32,000 bases of DNA from Limnohabitans sp. Rim47. Lineage in GTDB: Bacteria > Pseudomonadota > Gammaproteobacteria > Burkholderiales > Burkholderiaceae_C. Location: assembly GCF_001517545.1 (NCBI RefSeq), contig NZ_FBYA01000001.1:764976-796975 (forward strand), in the 5' to 3' direction. Positions 1 through 11,076 of the stretch are shown in pieces. The notes under the pieces are model-generated. The model was not told where the DNA came from. It ran no database searches and saw only the letters and a program-made list of their open reading frames with translations. A program made the position numbers and the translations under genes. Position 1 is the stretch's first letter. Every line of letters begins with the position of its first letter.

Positions 1-1
1 G

Positions 2-85
2 GTGTTGGTGGTGACCTTGCTGCTGCTCACCTTTATGGGCGATGCCTTGCGTGACGCGCTGGACCCGCGAAAGGTGGACGCATGA
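2..85 (+). CDS. 3' end (partial) of an ABC-transporter inner-membrane permease (DppC/OppC/YejE type)
   Basis: Frame 2 reads VLVVTLLLLTFMGDALRDALDPRKVDA*. The GDxLRDxLDPR tail is the typical C-terminus of peptide-type binding-protein-dependent permeases. Its stop overlaps the next start (ATGA at 82-85). Confidence 0.55.
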   Translation: MLVVTLLLLTFMGDALRDALDPRKVDA

Positions 86-1695
86 ACGCGAACCCAAGTC
101 AGCCTTTGCTGGAGTTGAAAGACCTGGATGTGGCCTTCGCCGGGCAGTCGGTGGTGCAAGGTGTGAATCTGAGCATTCGCGCCGGTGAGCGTGTGGCCTT
201 GGTTGGGGAGTCGGGCTCGGGCAAGTCGGTCACGGCCTTGTCTGTGCTGCGTTTGCTGGAGTCGGCAAAGCTGACGGGCCAGGTGATGTGGCAAGGGCGA
301 GATTTGTTGCAACAGTCGCCTGCCGAGATGCAGCGCATCCGAGGCGACGAGATCGCCATGATTTTTCAGGAGCCGATGACCGCGCTCAACCCTTTGATGA
401 CGGTGGGGCAGCAAATCTCGGAGGTGCTGCAACTCAAAAAAGGGCTGACCCGGCGCGACGCCGATGCCCGCGCCGTGCAGTGGTTGCTTGATACCGGTAT
501 AGATGACCCGCGCCGTCGCTTTAGCGCTTATCCTCATGAACTTTCGGGGGGCCAAAGGCAGCGCGCCATGATGGCCATGGCTGTGGCTTCAGAGCCCCAA
601 TTGCTGCTGGCCGATGAGCCAACCACCGCTCTGGACGCCAGTCTGCGCTTGCAAATGCTGAATTTGTTGGCCGATTTGCAACAAAAAACCGGCATGGCTG
701 TGCTCTTGATCACCCATGACCTGGCCTTGGTTCGCCACTTCACCGACCATGTGGCTGTCATGGAAAAAGGCCGCTTGGTGGAGCAGGGCACTTTGTCGGA
801 GGTGTTTGCGCGACCGCAGCACCCGTACACCCAAAAGCTGCTGGACAGTCGACCCAGCCGGGAAGGTTTGGTGCATGTGTCTGCCCATTCTGCTGCCAAG
901 CCACTGCTCGAAGCCAAAGGCTTGCGGGTCCGATACCCCATGGCGGTGCCTGGCGTGCGGGCTTGGTTTCAAAAAAACCATTTCACGGCCGTGCACGGCG
1001 CCGACTTCAGCATCATGCCGGGCAGCACCTTGGGTGTGATGGGCGAGTCGGGCTCAGGCAAGTCCAGCTTGGCGCAAGCGGTTCTTGGCTTAATCCCTTT
1101 TGATGGAGCGTTGTCCTTTGGCGGGCAGACCTGGCAAAACATCCCCGCACGCGACAAAGCGCTGCGGCGGCGTGTCCAGGTGGTTTTTCAGGACCCTTAT
1201 GGCAGCTTGTCACCGCGCATGACGGTGGGCGAAATCGTCTCTGAGGGGCTTCGCCTGCACCATGCTCAGGCCTCTGCAAGCCAAATCGAGGCCCAGGTTT
1301 TGACCACTTTGGCCGAAGTCGGTCTGAGCATTGCAGCATTTCCGGATTTGCTCAGCCGATACCCTCACTCGTTCTCGGGCGGCCAAAGGCAACGCATTGC
1401 TTTGGCGAGGGCCTTGGTTGTAGGCCCTGATTTACTGGTGCTGGACGAACCCACCAGCGCACTGGATGTGACGGTTCAAAAGCAAATCCTGAAATTACTG
1501 CAAGAATTGCAGACCAAGCGCGGCATGGCTTATTTGTTGATCACCCACGATATCGACGTTTTGCGTGCCATGGCCCACCAAGTGATGGTGCTTCAGGAGG
1601 GGCGAATCGTTGAGGCGGGACCGGCCGAGCAAGTTCTGCATGAGTCGCGCCACGCCTACACCCGTAGTTTGCTGGCAGCCTTTCCAAACGAGTGA
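82..1695 (+). CDS. ABC transporter ATP-binding protein with two fused ATPase domains (YejF / DppD-DppF-like, peptide-type importer)
   Basis: The 537-aa ORF has two Walker A motifs (GESGSGKS twice), two ABC signatures (LSGGQRQR, FSGGQRQR) and two Walker B motifs (LLLADEPT, LLVLDEPT). It is translationally coupled to the upstream permease. Confidence 0.9.
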   Translation: MNANPSQPLLELKDLDVAFAGQSVVQGVNLSIRAGERVALVGESGSGKSVTALSVLRLLESAKLTGQVMWQGRDLLQQSPAEMQRIRGDEIAMIFQEPMTALNPLMTVGQQISEVLQLKKGLTRRDADARAVQWLLDTGIDDPRRRFSAYPHELSGGQRQRAMMAMAVASEPQLLLADEPTTALDASLRLQMLNLLADLQQKTGMAVLLITHDLALVRHFTDHVAVMEKGRLVEQGTLSEVFARPQHPYTQKLLDSRPSREGLVHVSAHSAAKPLLEAKGLRVRYPMAVPGVRAWFQKNHFTAVHGADFSIMPGSTLGVMGESGSGKSSLAQAVLGLIPFDGALSFGGQTWQNIPARDKALRRRVQVVFQDPYGSLSPRMTVGEIVSEGLRLHHAQASASQIEAQVLTTLAEVGLSIAAFPDLLSRYPHSFSGGQRQRIALARALVVGPDLLVLDEPTSALDVTVQKQILKLLQELQTKRGMAYLLITHDIDVLRAMAHQVMVLQEGRIVEAGPAEQVLHESRHAYTRSLLAAFPNE

Positions 1696-1777
1696 ATTTC
1701 ACGGTAAACAGAGCTTCATTTTCCTTAGAAATCACGCACTTAGCGCGTTTTTCGGCTAGAATACTCGCTTCACGACC

Positions 1778-1809
1778 AAACGGGCGGGTTTTCACCGCCC
1801 GTTTTTTTT
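1778..1809 (+). terminator. Rho-independent terminator or attenuator between the ABC ATPase gene and rimP
   Basis: A 10-bp GC-rich stem AAACGGGCGG (1778-1787) pairs with CCGCCCGTTT (1795-1804) around a 7-nt loop, followed by a run of 8 T (1802-1809). Confidence 0.65.
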
Positions 1810-1846
1810 GGGTCTTTCTTTTTTAACGTTGATATTTCGAAGCTCT

Positions 1847-2410
1847 GTGGCACTGCAGCAAATTGTTCAAGAAACCGTGACTGGACTGGGTTATGACCTG
1901 GTTGAGATTGACCGCACTGCGGGCGGCTTGCTGCGCATCACCATCGACTGGCCATGGCAGCCCGGTTCAGAGCCCTTCATCAACGTAGAAGACTGCGAAA
2001 AAGTCAATCGGCAACTGCAGTTCGCCCTCGAAGTCGATGGCGTTGCTTACAACCGGCTTGAGGTGTCCTCGCCCGGTATTGACCGCCCTTTGCGTCATGA
2101 AAAAGATTTTGAGCGTTTTGTCGGTGAGCTGATCGACCTCACCCTCAAGGCCCCGATGGGTGAAAACGCAGGCGGTCTTGTCAGTGCCAGCCGCAAAAAG
2201 TTTCGCGGCACCCTTGAGCGAACCGCCGCAGGTGATGGTTGGCAAATCGTCTGGAGTGACGAGCCCGTCGGTAAGCCCGGTCAAAGAATCAGTAAAAAAC
2301 GAGTCCCTGCGCCTTTGCATGCGCTGGGTTTCACATTGGATGAGTTGCGCGAGGCCCGTTTGGCGCCCGTGGTGGATTTCAAAGGGCGCAAGCCAAAGGT
2401 TGAAGCCTGA
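1847..2410 (+). CDS. rimP: Ribosome maturation factor RimP
   Basis: The ORF lies immediately upstream of nusA-infB. The sequence VALQQIVQETVTGLGYDLVEI...LEVSSPGIDRPL is typical of RimP. A GTG at 1847 is preferred over the TTG at 1808, which sits inside the terminator T-tract. Confidence 0.8.
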   Translation: MALQQIVQETVTGLGYDLVEIDRTAGGLLRITIDWPWQPGSEPFINVEDCEKVNRQLQFALEVDGVAYNRLEVSSPGIDRPLRHEKDFERFVGELIDLTLKAPMGENAGGLVSASRKKFRGTLERTAAGDGWQIVWSDEPVGKPGQRISKKRVPAPLHALGFTLDELREARLAPVVDFKGRKPKVEA

Positions 2411-2481
2411 CCGGTGTGTCGGGCTTTGCGCATTTTTATCGGGTCTGAACCGCAGACCCAGTGGAACAGGAGAGTCAAGTC

Positions 2482-3966
2482 ATGAATCGCGAAATGTTGA
2501 TGTTGGTCGAAGCCATCTCACGTGAAAAGAACGTTGAGCGCGACGTGGTGTTTGGTGCCGTGGAAGCCGCTTTGGCCCAAGCGACCAAAAAACTGTATGC
2601 CGGTGAAGTGGACATCCGCGTTGCGGTGGACCGCGACAACGGCAATTACGAAACTTTCCGCCGCTGGCACGTGGTCCCCGATGAAGCCGGTCTTCAGTTG
2701 CCCGAGCAAGAAATCTTGTTGTTCGAGGCCAAAGAGCAAATCCCGGACATCGAAGTCGACGAGTACATCGAAGAGGCGATCGAGTCTTTGCCTATTGGCC
2801 GAATTGGCGCCATGGCGGCCAAGCAGGTCATCTTGCAAAAAATCCGTGACGCCGAGCGCGAAATGCTGCTCAACGACTTCATGTCGCGCGGCGAGAAGAT
2901 TTTTGTCGGCACCGTCAAGCGCATGGACAAGGGCGACATCATCTGCGAAGCAGGCCGCATTGAAGGCCGCCTGCGCCGCAGCGAAATGATCCCCAAGGAA
3001 AACCTGCGCAGTGGCGATCGTGTGCGCGCCATGATCATGGAAGTGGACTTGACCTTGCGCGGCGCGCCGATCTTGCTGTCGCGTTCTGCCCCCGAGTTCA
3101 TGATCGAGTTGTTCCGTCAGGAAGTGCCCGAGATTGAGCAGGGCTTGCTGGAAATCAAAACCTGCGCTCGTGACCCAGGCTCACGCGCCAAGATCGCTGT
3201 GTTGTCGCATGACAAGCGTGTTGACCCGATTGGCACCTGCGTCGGTGTGCGTGGCACCCGCGTCAATGCTGTGACCAACGAATTGGCCGGTGAGCGCGTC
3301 GACATCGTGTTGTGGAGTGAAGACCCGGCACAGTTCGTGATCGGTGCCTTGGCCCCGGCCAACGTTCAGTCCATCGTGGTGGACGAAGAAAAGCACGCTA
3401 TGGACGTCGTGGTGGACGAAGAAAACCTGGCGATTGCGATTGGCCGTGGTGGTCAAAACGTGCGCCTGGCTTCTGACCTCACGGGCTGGAAGATCAACAT
3501 CATGGACGCTGCTGAGTCTGCCCAGAAGCAGGCCGAAGAAACCACCGGTATCCGTCAGTTGTTCATGGAAAAGCTCGATGTGGACCAAGAAATTGCCGAC
3601 ATCCTGATTGGTGAAGGTTTCACCAGCCTGGAGGAAGTGGCTTATGTGCCAATCCAGGAAATGCAAGAGATCGAGAGCTTCGACGAAGACACCATCAACG
3701 AGTTGCGTACGCGTGCCAAAGACGCGTTGCTGACCCTTGAGATTGCACGTGAAGAGAGCGTTGAAGACGTTTCTCAGGATTTGCGTGACTTGCCAGGCTT
3801 GACGCCTGAGCTGATTTCCAAGCTGGTTGAAGCGGGTATTCAAACCCGTGACGATTTGGCTGACTTGGCCACCGATGAACTGACTGACATCACTGCTCAG
3901 ACAGCTGAAGAGGCGACCGCCCTGATCATGAAAGCCCGCGAACATTGGTTCGCTGGCCAGGCCTGA
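2482..3966 (+). CDS. nusA: Transcription termination/antitermination factor NusA
   Basis: [18 protein letters not shown] is a typical N-terminus, followed by S1 and KH regions ([14 protein letters not shown]) and an acidic C-terminal repeat region. The ATG at 2482 follows CAGGAGAG. Confidence 0.95.
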   Translation: MNREMLMLVEAISREKNVERDVVFGAVEAALAQATKKLYAGEVDIRVAVDRDNGNYETFRRWHVVPDEAGLQLPEQEILLFEAKEQIPDIEVDEYIEEAIESLPIGRIGAMAAKQVILQKIRDAEREMLLNDFMSRGEKIFVGTVKRMDKGDIICEAGRIEGRLRRSEMIPKENLRSGDRVRAMIMEVDLTLRGAPILLSRSAPEFMIELFRQEVPEIEQGLLEIKTCARDPGSRAKIAVLSHDKRVDPIGTCVGVRGTRVNAVTNELAGERVDIVLWSEDPAQFVIGALAPANVQSIVVDEEKHAMDVVVDEENLAIAIGRGGQNVRLASDLTGWKINIMDAAESAQKQAEETTGIRQLFMEKLDVDQEIADILIGEGFTSLEEVAYVPIQEMQEIESFDEDTINELRTRAKDALLTLEIAREESVEDVSQDLRDLPGLTPELISKLVEAGIQTRDDLADLATDELTDITAQTAEEATALIMKAREHWFAGQA

Positions 3967-3989
3967 AGCTATGGAGGCTTGAACACAAT

Positions 3990-6989
3990 ATGTCCAGTAC
4001 CACTGTTGCCGAGTTCGCAAACGAACTCAAAAAATCTGCCGATGTCCTGCTTGATCAATTGCGATCAGCCGGTGTTGCCAAAGCTTCGGACAGCGATACG
4101 CTGAACGATGCTGACAAACAAAAATTGCTCAGTTATCTGCAAGCGAGCCACGGCACCGTGGCCGGTGACCGCAAAAAAATCACCTTGGTTAAAAAGTCAA
4201 CCAGCGAGATCAAGCAGGCCGACGCTTCTGGCAAAGCCCGCACGATCCAAGTGGAAGTGCGTAAAAAACGCACCCTGATCAAACGCGATGACGAGCCGGT
4301 GCAAGAGGCCCAAGTTGAAGAGCCGCAAGAGCCCGTGATCGACCATGCTGATCTGGCTCGCCGCGAAGAAGAAGCACGCCGTCAGGCCGAACTGATTCGC
4401 CGCCAGGAAGAAGAGCTGGTTGAAAAGCGACGTGTGCGCGAAGAACAAGAAGCTCAGCAACGCGCTGAGTTGGCAGCACAAGAGGCCAAAGCCCGTGCTG
4501 AGGCGCAGTCTTTGGCCGATGCAGCCGCTTTGGCCGCAGGTCAGGCCGTTCCAGCCAAGCCTCAATTGAGCCGCGAAGAGCGTGAGCAATTGGCCCGCGC
4601 AGAAGCCGCCAGCATCAATGCAGCATCGCAAGTGAAAACCGCACCGGTTGCTCCAGCAGCGCCTGTTATTTCTGCCGAAAACGTTGCCGCTGCAAAAGCC
4701 GCGCAAGTCGCAGAAGCGGCTGCTGCTAAAGCCAAAGCTGACCAAGAAGCACGCGAAGCTGCTGCGCAAAAAGCGGCCGCTGACTCGAAGGCCAAAGCCG
4801 ACGAAGACACCGCCCGTGCTGCCGATCTTGACTCGCGTCGTCGCAAGGCCTTGGCCGAAGCCGAAGCCATTCGGACCATGATGAATGCCCCTAAAAAGGT
4901 ATTGGTTGCCAAAAAAGAAGAGCCCAAGGTTGAGCCAAAAGCGGCTGTCAAAGGCACTTTGCACAAACCAGTTGGAACACCCGCACCCGGTGCACGTGCT
5001 GCTGCTGCGCAAGCCGCTGCACCTGCGGGTCCGGCCGGCAACAAAGAAGTCAAATCTGCCAAACTGTCATCCAGTTGGGCGGGTGATCCAGCCAAAAAGA
5101 AAGCCATCCCAACCCGCGGCGACAGCAGCGGTGGTGTGGGGCGCAACAACTGGCGCGGCGGTCCACGCGGTCGCCGTGGCAATGAGCGCGATCGCGACGA
5201 TTCGCACACACAACAGGCCCCCGCAGAAGTGCGTGTGCTCGAAGTGCACGTGCCAGAAACCATCACAGTGGCCGAATTGGCCCACAAAATGGCCATCAAG
5301 GCTTCCGAAGTCATCAAGCACTTGATGAAGCTCGGCCAGATGGCCACGATGAACCAGCCGTTGGACCAAGATACCGCCATGATCGTGGTGGAAGAAATGG
5401 GTCACAAGGCCGTGATTGCTGCGCTGGACGATCCAGAAGCGTTCACCGATGACGAAGTGTCGGAACAAAACGCCGAGTCTTTGCCGCGCGCTCCTGTGGT
5501 TACCGTCATGGGTCACGTTGACCACGGTAAAACCTCGTTGCTGGACTATATTCGCCGAGCCAAAGTGGCTTCGGGTGAAGCCGGTGGCATCACACAGCAC
5601 ATTGGTGCTTACCACGTTGAGACGCCTCGCGGCATGATTTCTTTTCTGGACACCCCCGGTCACGAGGCCTTTACGGCCATGCGTGCCCGTGGTGCGCAAG
5701 CCACCGACATCGTCATCCTTGTGGTGGCCGGTGACGACGGTGTGATGCCCCAGACCAAAGAAGCCATCAAACACGCCAAAGCGGCCGGTGTGCCGATCGT
5801 GGTCGCCATCAACAAGATGGACAAGCCCGATGCCAACATTGAGCGTGTTCGCAGTGAATTGATCGCTGAAGAAGTGGTGCCCGAAGAATTCGGTGGCGAC
5901 TCTCCTTTCGTCTCTGTCTCTGCCAAAACAGGCATGGGCATCGATGCCTTGTTGGAGCAAGTGCTTTTGCAAGCCGAAGTGCTGGAACTCAAAGCGCCGG
6001 TGCAAGCCGCTGCCAAGGGTCTGGTCATCGAGGCTCGTCTGGACAAAGGTCGTGGTCCTGTGGCCACCATCTTGGTGCAGTCCGGTACTTTGAATACAGG
6101 CGATGTGGTGTTGGCAGGCCAGACCTTTGGCCGCGTGCGCGCCATGCTGGACGAAAACGGTGCCGCCATCAAGTCGGCAGGCCCATCGATTCCAGTCGAA
6201 ATTCAAGGTCTGACCGAAGTGCCACAAGCCGGTGACGAGTTCATGGTCATGGGCGACGAGCGCCGGGCCCGCGAAATCGCAACTTACCGAGCCGGTAAAT
6301 TCCGCAACACCAAGCTGGCCAAGCAACAAGCTGCCAAGCTCGAAAACATGTTTACAGACATGTCTGCGGGCGAAGTCAAGATGCTGCCGATCATCATCAA
6401 GGCCGACGTGCAGGGTTCGCAAGAAGCCTTGGGCGCATCCTTGCTCAAGCTGTCGACCGAAGAAGTCAAAGTGCAGTTGGTTTACTCTGGCGTGGGCGGT
6501 ATCAGCGAATCCGACATCAACCTGGCGATTGCTTCCAAGGCGATCGTGATCGGTTTCAACGTGCGTGCCGATGCCGGTGCGCGTAAGTTGGCCGAAGGCA
6601 ATGGCGTTGATTTGCATTACTACAACATCATTTATGACGCTGTGGACGAGCTCAAGGCGGCCATGTCGGGCATGTTGGCACCCGAGCAACGCGAAGAAAT
6701 CATGGGTATGGCCGAGATTCGCACTGTGTTCGTGGCCTCCAAGATCGGTACGGTTGCAGGTTGTATGGTCACTTCGGGTCAAGTCACCCGCAGCGCCAAG
6801 TTCCGTCTGCTGCGCGACAACGTGGTCATCTACACCGGCGAGCTCGATTCGCTCAAGCGACTCAAGGACGACGTGCGCGAAGTCAAAGAAGGCTTCGAGT
6901 GCGGTATCAAGCTCAAGAACTACAACGACATCAAAGAAGGCGATTACCTCGAATTCTTCGACGTCAAGGAAATTGCGAGAACGCTGTAA
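3990..6989 (+). CDS. infB: Translation initiation factor IF-2
   Basis: The GTPase motifs are present ([24 protein letters not shown]). The N-terminal region is long and rich in Ala/Glu/Lys. The gene sits in the conserved nusA-infB-rbfA context, and the ATG at 3990 follows GGAGG. Confidence 0.95.
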   Translation: MSSTTVAEFANELKKSADVLLDQLRSAGVAKASDSDTLNDADKQKLLSYLQASHGTVAGDRKKITLVKKSTSEIKQADASGKARTIQVEVRKKRTLIKRDDEPVQEAQVEEPQEPVIDHADLARREEEARRQAELIRRQEEELVEKRRVREEQEAQQRAELAAQEAKARAEAQSLADAAALAAGQAVPAKPQLSREEREQLARAEAASINAASQVKTAPVAPAAPVISAENVAAAKAAQVAEAAAAKAKADQEAREAAAQKAAADSKAKADEDTARAADLDSRRRKALAEAEAIRTMMNAPKKVLVAKKEEPKVEPKAAVKGTLHKPVGTPAPGARAAAAQAAAPAGPAGNKEVKSAKLSSSWAGDPAKKKAIPTRGDSSGGVGRNNWRGGPRGRRGNERDRDDSHTQQAPAEVRVLEVHVPETITVAELAHKMAIKASEVIKHLMKLGQMATMNQPLDQDTAMIVVEEMGHKAVIAALDDPEAFTDDEVSEQNAESLPRAPVVTVMGHVDHGKTSLLDYIRRAKVASGEAGGITQHIGAYHVETPRGMISFLDTPGHEAFTAMRARGAQATDIVILVVAGDDGVMPQTKEAIKHAKAAGVPIVVAINKMDKPDANIERVRSELIAEEVVPEEFGGDSPFVSVSAKTGMGIDALLEQVLLQAEVLELKAPVQAAAKGLVIEARLDKGRGPVATILVQSGTLNTGDVVLAGQTFGRVRAMLDENGAAIKSAGPSIPVEIQGLTEVPQAGDEFMVMGDERRAREIATYRAGKFRNTKLAKQQAAKLENMFTDMSAGEVKMLPIIIKADVQGSQEALGASLLKLSTEEVKVQLVYSGVGGISESDINLAIASKAIVIGFNVRADAGARKLAEGNGVDLHYYNIIYDAVDELKAAMSGMLAPEQREEIMGMAEIRTVFVASKIGTVAGCMVTSGQVTRSAKFRLLRDNVVIYTGELDSLKRLKDDVREVKEGFECGIKLKNYNDIKEGDYLEFFDVKEIARTL

Positions 6990-7364
6990 ATGGCGCGCAA
7001 GAAGCAATCGTCCGTTCCCAATCGCGGTTTCCGCGTGGCCGACCAGATCCAGCGCGATTTGGCCGAGTTGATCTCACGCGAGTTGAAAGACCCGCGTGTG
7101 GGCATGATCACGATCAACGCGATTGAGGTGACGCCCGATTACGCGCATGCCAAGGTCTATTTCAGTGTCTTGACGGGCAATCCCGAAGAGGCCACTGAAG
7201 GGTTGAACGCGGCTGCGGGTTTTCTGCGCAATGGCTTGTTCAAGCGTTTGCATATCCACACTGTGCCGACATTGCATTTCTTGTTTGACCGCACGACCGA
7301 GCGCGCGTCCGATATGAATGCGCTGATCGCCAAAGCGGTGTCGTCTCGCGCCCAAGAGGACTGA
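6990..7364 (+). CDS. rbfA: Ribosome-binding factor A
   Basis: The 124-aa ORF starts one nucleotide after the infB stop. [14 protein letters not shown]...[10 protein letters not shown] is typical of RbfA. Confidence 0.9.
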   Translation: MARKKQSSVPNRGFRVADQIQRDLAELISRELKDPRVGMITINAIEVTPDYAHAKVYFSVLTGNPEEATEGLNAAAGFLRNGLFKRLHIHTVPTLHFLFDRTTERASDMNALIAKAVSSRAQED

Positions 7365-7366
7365 GC

Positions 7367-8347
7367 ATGAACGCGCCACGCACCAGGGTGCAGCGGCGCC
7401 CTGTGCACGGGGTGCTGTTGCTTGATAAACCGCTGGGTCTTTCCAGCAACCAAGCTTTGCAAAAAGCCAAGTGGTTGTTGCGGGCCGAGAAAGCAGGGCA
7501 CACGGGGACGCTGGACCCGTTGGCAAGCGGTGTATTGCCTTTGTGTTTCGGTGCCGCAACCAAATTCAGTCAGCAGCATCTGGATGCCGACAAGACTTAC
7601 GAGACCACGGTGCGTCTGGGGCTGAAAACCAGCACAGCTGACGCTGAGGGTTACGTGATTGAAGCGCGTGAGGTGCGTTGCACCCCAGGCCAAGTGGTGG
7701 AGGTGCTGGACCGGTTCATGGGACCGATTAGCCAAGTTCCACCGATGCACAGTGCCTTGAAGAAGGACGGCAAGGCCTTGTACGAATATGCCCGCAAGGG
7801 CGAAACCGTTGAGCGCGAAGCGCGCAACGTGGTGATACATGATCTGGATTTGCTGGACATGCAACTGCAAGGCGATGTGCCTTTTTTGCGCTTGCGTGTG
7901 CGTTGCAGCAAAGGCACCTACATCAGGACTCTGGGCGAAGACATCGCCGAGGCCTTGGGTTGTGGCGGCCACTTAAGCGCATTGCGCCGTGTGGTCACCG
8001 GTCCTTTTGTGGCATCACAGTGCGTGACGCTGCAAGATCTGGAAGCGATGGATGAAGTCAAGCGCCTCGGTGCTTTGCTGCCAGTCGATGTTTTGTTGCC
8101 AGGCTACACAGAAGTGAGCCTGGACAGCGACAGCACTGGTCGTTTTTTGAATGGGGTGCGCAGACGCGGCCCTTGGGTTGATTGTGATCAAGTCGTGGTG
8201 TATGGAGAACATCCTCGTGCCTTGCTGGGAACAGCTGTTGTGCATGGCGGCGAATTGGTTCCGGGTCGATTGTTGAGCCCGATCGAAATTCAACAGATTT
8301 TGGAAAAATCACCTGCCACCGAGCCGTTGCTGGCCGAGCAGGTTTAA
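7367..8347 (+). CDS. truB: tRNA pseudouridine(55) synthase TruB
   Basis: HGVLLLDKPLGLSSN and the catalytic GHTGTLDPLASGVLPL motif are present. The gene is in the conserved rbfA-truB position. Confidence 0.92.
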   Translation: MNAPRTRVQRRPVHGVLLLDKPLGLSSNQALQKAKWLLRAEKAGHTGTLDPLASGVLPLCFGAATKFSQQHLDADKTYETTVRLGLKTSTADAEGYVIEAREVRCTPGQVVEVLDRFMGPISQVPPMHSALKKDGKALYEYARKGETVEREARNVVIHDLDLLDMQLQGDVPFLRLRVRCSKGTYIRTLGEDIAEALGCGGHLSALRRVVTGPFVASQCVTLQDLEAMDEVKRLGALLPVDVLLPGYTEVSLDSDSTGRFLNGVRRRGPWVDCDQVVVYGEHPRALLGTAVVHGGELVPGRLLSPIEIQQILEKSPATEPLLAEQV

Positions 8348-8360
8348 AGGAAGAGAAAGC

Positions 8361-10178
8361 ATGACCAAGCAAATCCGCAACATCGCCATCATCGCCCACG
8401 TTGACCATGGCAAAACCACCATGGTTGACCAGCTGCTGCGCCAATCGGGCACATTCGCTGACCACGAAAAAATCGTGGATACCGTGATGGACAACAACGC
8501 CATCGAACGTGAGCGCGGCATCACCATTTTGGCCAAAAACTGCGCTGTGAGCTGGGAAGGAACCCACATCAACATCGTCGACACCCCCGGTCACGCGGAC
8601 TTCGGTGGTGAAGTCGAGCGCGCCTTGTCCATGGTCGACGGCGTTGTCTTGTTGATCGATGCGCAAGAAGGCCCCATGCCACAAACCCGTTTTGTGACCA
8701 AGAAGGCCTTGGCCCTGGGTCTCAAGCCAATCGTTGTGGTGAACAAGGTCGACAAGCCCGGTGCAAACCCCGATAAAGTGGTCAATGCCGCTTTTGACTT
8801 GTTTGACAAACTCGGCGCGAACGACGAACAACTGGACTTCCCTGTGGTGTACGCCTCGGGTATCAACGGCTGGACATCGCTCGAAGAAGGTGCGCCTGGC
8901 GAGCAGTGGGGCCCCGATATGTCCGCCCTGTTCAACACCGTGCTCAAGCATGTGCCTGCGCAAAAAGGTGATCCAGCAGCACCTCTGCAATTGCAAATTT
9001 CCGCGCTCGACTTCTCGACTTTTGTCGGTCGCATCGGCGTGGGTCGCATCAGCCAAGGCACCATCAAGCCACAAATGGACGTGGTCGTCATGGAAGGTCC
9101 GGACGGCAAAGCCATCAAAGGCCGTGTCAACCAAGTGCTGAAATTCCAAGGTCTTGACCGTGTGCAAGTGACCGAAGCCGGTCCTGGCGATATCGTGTTG
9201 ATCAACGGCATTGCCGAATTGAACATCGGTGTGACCGTGACCGACTCAGCCAATCCCGCACCGCTGCCGATGCTGAAGGTGGACGAGCCCACACTGACCA
9301 TGAACTTTTGCGTGAACACCAGCCCATTGGCTGGCCGTGAAGGCAAGTTCGTCACCAGCCGTCAAATCTGGGACCGCCTGCAAAAAGAGTTGCAGCACAA
9401 CGTTGCATTGCGCGTCAAAGAAACTGACGAAGAAGGTATCTTTGAAGTCATGGGCCGTGGTGAATTGCACCTGACCATCTTGCTGGAAAACATGCGTCGC
9501 GAAGGCTACGAAATGGCTGTGTCCAAGCCACGCGTGGTTTTCCGTGACGTCAATGGTGAGCGCCATGAGCCTATCGAGTTGGTGACTGCCGACATCGAAG
9601 AAACACACCAAGGCGGCGTGATGCAAGCTTTGGGCGAGCGCAAGGGCGAGTTGGTCAACATGGAACCCGATGGCCGTGGTCGTGTCCGTCTGGAATACCG
9701 CATTCCAGCACGTGGCTTGATCGGTTTCACCAACGAATTTTTGAACTTGACCCGTGGTTCCGGTTTGATCTCCAACATTTTCGACAGCTACGAGCCGCAC
9801 AAAGGTGACATTGGTGGCCGTAAAAACGGTGTGCTGATCTCCATGGATGACGGTGAAATTTTCACCTACGCCCTGGGCAAGTTGGACGACCGTGGTCGCA
9901 TGTTCGTCAAGGCGAACGATCCGGTGTACGAAGGCATGATTGTGGGTATCCACAGCCGTGACAACGACTTGGTCGTCAACGCCACACGCACCAAGCAACT
10001 GACCAACTTCCGTGTGTCCGGCAAAGAAGACGCGATCAAAATCACACCTCCAATCGACCTCACTCTGGAATACGGCGTTGAGTTCATCGAGGACGACGAG
10101 TTGGTCGAAATCACGCCTAAGAGCGTGCGTCTGCGCAAGCGTTTCCTGAAGGAAAGCGACCGCAAGCGCAACAAGTGA
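8361..10178 (+). CDS. typA: Translational GTPase TypA/BipA
   Basis: The ORF is 605 aa. It contains [30 protein letters not shown] and NKVD, with an EF-G-like domain organisation. Confidence 0.95.
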   Translation: MTKQIRNIAIIAHVDHGKTTMVDQLLRQSGTFADHEKIVDTVMDNNAIERERGITILAKNCAVSWEGTHINIVDTPGHADFGGEVERALSMVDGVVLLIDAQEGPMPQTRFVTKKALALGLKPIVVVNKVDKPGANPDKVVNAAFDLFDKLGANDEQLDFPVVYASGINGWTSLEEGAPGEQWGPDMSALFNTVLKHVPAQKGDPAAPLQLQISALDFSTFVGRIGVGRISQGTIKPQMDVVVMEGPDGKAIKGRVNQVLKFQGLDRVQVTEAGPGDIVLINGIAELNIGVTVTDSANPAPLPMLKVDEPTLTMNFCVNTSPLAGREGKFVTSRQIWDRLQKELQHNVALRVKETDEEGIFEVMGRGELHLTILLENMRREGYEMAVSKPRVVFRDVNGERHEPIELVTADIEETHQGGVMQALGERKGELVNMEPDGRGRVRLEYRIPARGLIGFTNEFLNLTRGSGLISNIFDSYEPHKGDIGGRKNGVLISMDDGEIFTYALGKLDDRGRMFVKANDPVYEGMIVGIHSRDNDLVVNATRTKQLTNFRVSGKEDAIKITPPIDLTLEYGVEFIEDDELVEITPKSVRLRKRFLKESDRKRNK

Positions 10179-10191
10179 TCGGCTGACGATC

Positions 10192-11076
10192 ATGCGTTTA
10201 ACGCACGGTTTGGCCGTTTGGACCATGGTGGGCGTGACCGCCCTGTGGTCCATGGCCGGCGTGGTGACAAGGCACCTGGAGCAAGCCCGCAGCTTTGAGG
10301 TCACCTTCTGGCGGAGCTTCTTCACTGTCGTTTCATTGCTGGTCATCCTGCCCTTATGGCAGGGCCGAAGTGTCTGGACACGGCTGCCTTTGCGCAGCCG
10401 TTATTTTTGGTTCTCCGGTTTGTGCTGGAGTGTCATGTTCACCGCGTTCATGGTGGCACTCACCTTGACGGCGGTGGCCAACGTGCTGATCACCATGGCG
10501 GTAGGACCTTTGCTCACTGCGCTGATCACACGGGTGTTTTTGGGACATCGTTTGCCCACTCGAACCTGGCTGGCCATTGTTCTGGCGGGCATCGGCATTG
10601 GCTGGATGTATGGCTCCCAGCTGAGTTTGGGCGATCCGAATTTCTTGCTTGGCTCCTTGGTGGCTTTGTGTGTGCCCATCGCGGGCTCGGTGCAGTGGAC
10701 GCTGGTGCAAAAAAGCCAGAGCGAGGGGCAGAACCTGGACCTCGTACCCTCTGTCTTGTTAGGCGCACTCATTTCATCATTGCTGACACTGCCTTTGTCC
10801 ATGCCGTTTCAGGCTTCGGCGCATGATGTGGGTTGGTTGGCCATTCTGGGTTTGTTCCAGTTGGCTATCCCTTGCGCTTTGTCGGTGGTTTGTGCCCGCG
10901 TGCTCAAAGCCCCGGAAGTGGCTTTGCTGGCCTTGCTCGAAATTGTTTTTGGCATTGCACTGGCTTGGTGGGGTGCCAATGAGGCTCCCCAATTGAGTGT
11001 GCTCTTGGGAGGTGCCCTGGTTTTGGGTGCCTTGCTTCTCAATGAATGGTTAGGCTGGAGACAAAACAATGTCTGA
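10192..11076 (+). CDS. DMT-superfamily (EamA-like) membrane transporter
   Basis: The 294-aa protein is highly hydrophobic, with about 10 predicted helices arranged as two similar halves. Confidence 0.7.
   Translation: MRLTHGLAVWTMVGVTALWSMAGVVTRHLEQARSFEVTFWRSFFTVVSLLVILPLWQGRSVWTRLPLRSRYFWFSGLCWSVMFTAFMVALTLTAVANVLITMAVGPLLTALITRVFLGHRLPTRTWLAIVLAGIGIGWMYGSQLSLGDPNFLLGSLVALCVPIAGSVQWTLVQKSQSEGQNLDLVPSVLLGALISSLLTLPLSMPFQASAHDVGWLAILGLFQLAIPCALSVVCARVLKAPEVALLALLEIVFGIALAWWGANEAPQLSVLLGGALVLGALLLNEWLGWRQNNV

Noticed and set aside
4300-5250. A highly repetitive Ala/Glu/Lys/Arg-rich coding stretch in the 5' third of infB, with many overlapping alternative-frame ORFs.
   Set aside because: This is the normal low-complexity N-terminal region of proteobacterial IF-2. 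The overlapping ORFs are compositional artefacts.
5067-7007. Very long antisense ORFs opposite housekeeping genes. Examples are 646 aa opposite infB, 503 aa at 14603-16114 opposite guaB, 371 aa at 27007-28122, 369 aa at 8058-9167, 366 aa at 9246-10346, 317 aa at 16032-16985 and 297 aa at 28814-29707.
   Set aside because: These are typical shadow ORFs of high-GC DNA, where stop codons are rare on the antisense strand. Their translations are low-complexity and rich in Arg, Gly, His and Ala with no motifs, while the sense-strand genes have unambiguous conserved motifs.
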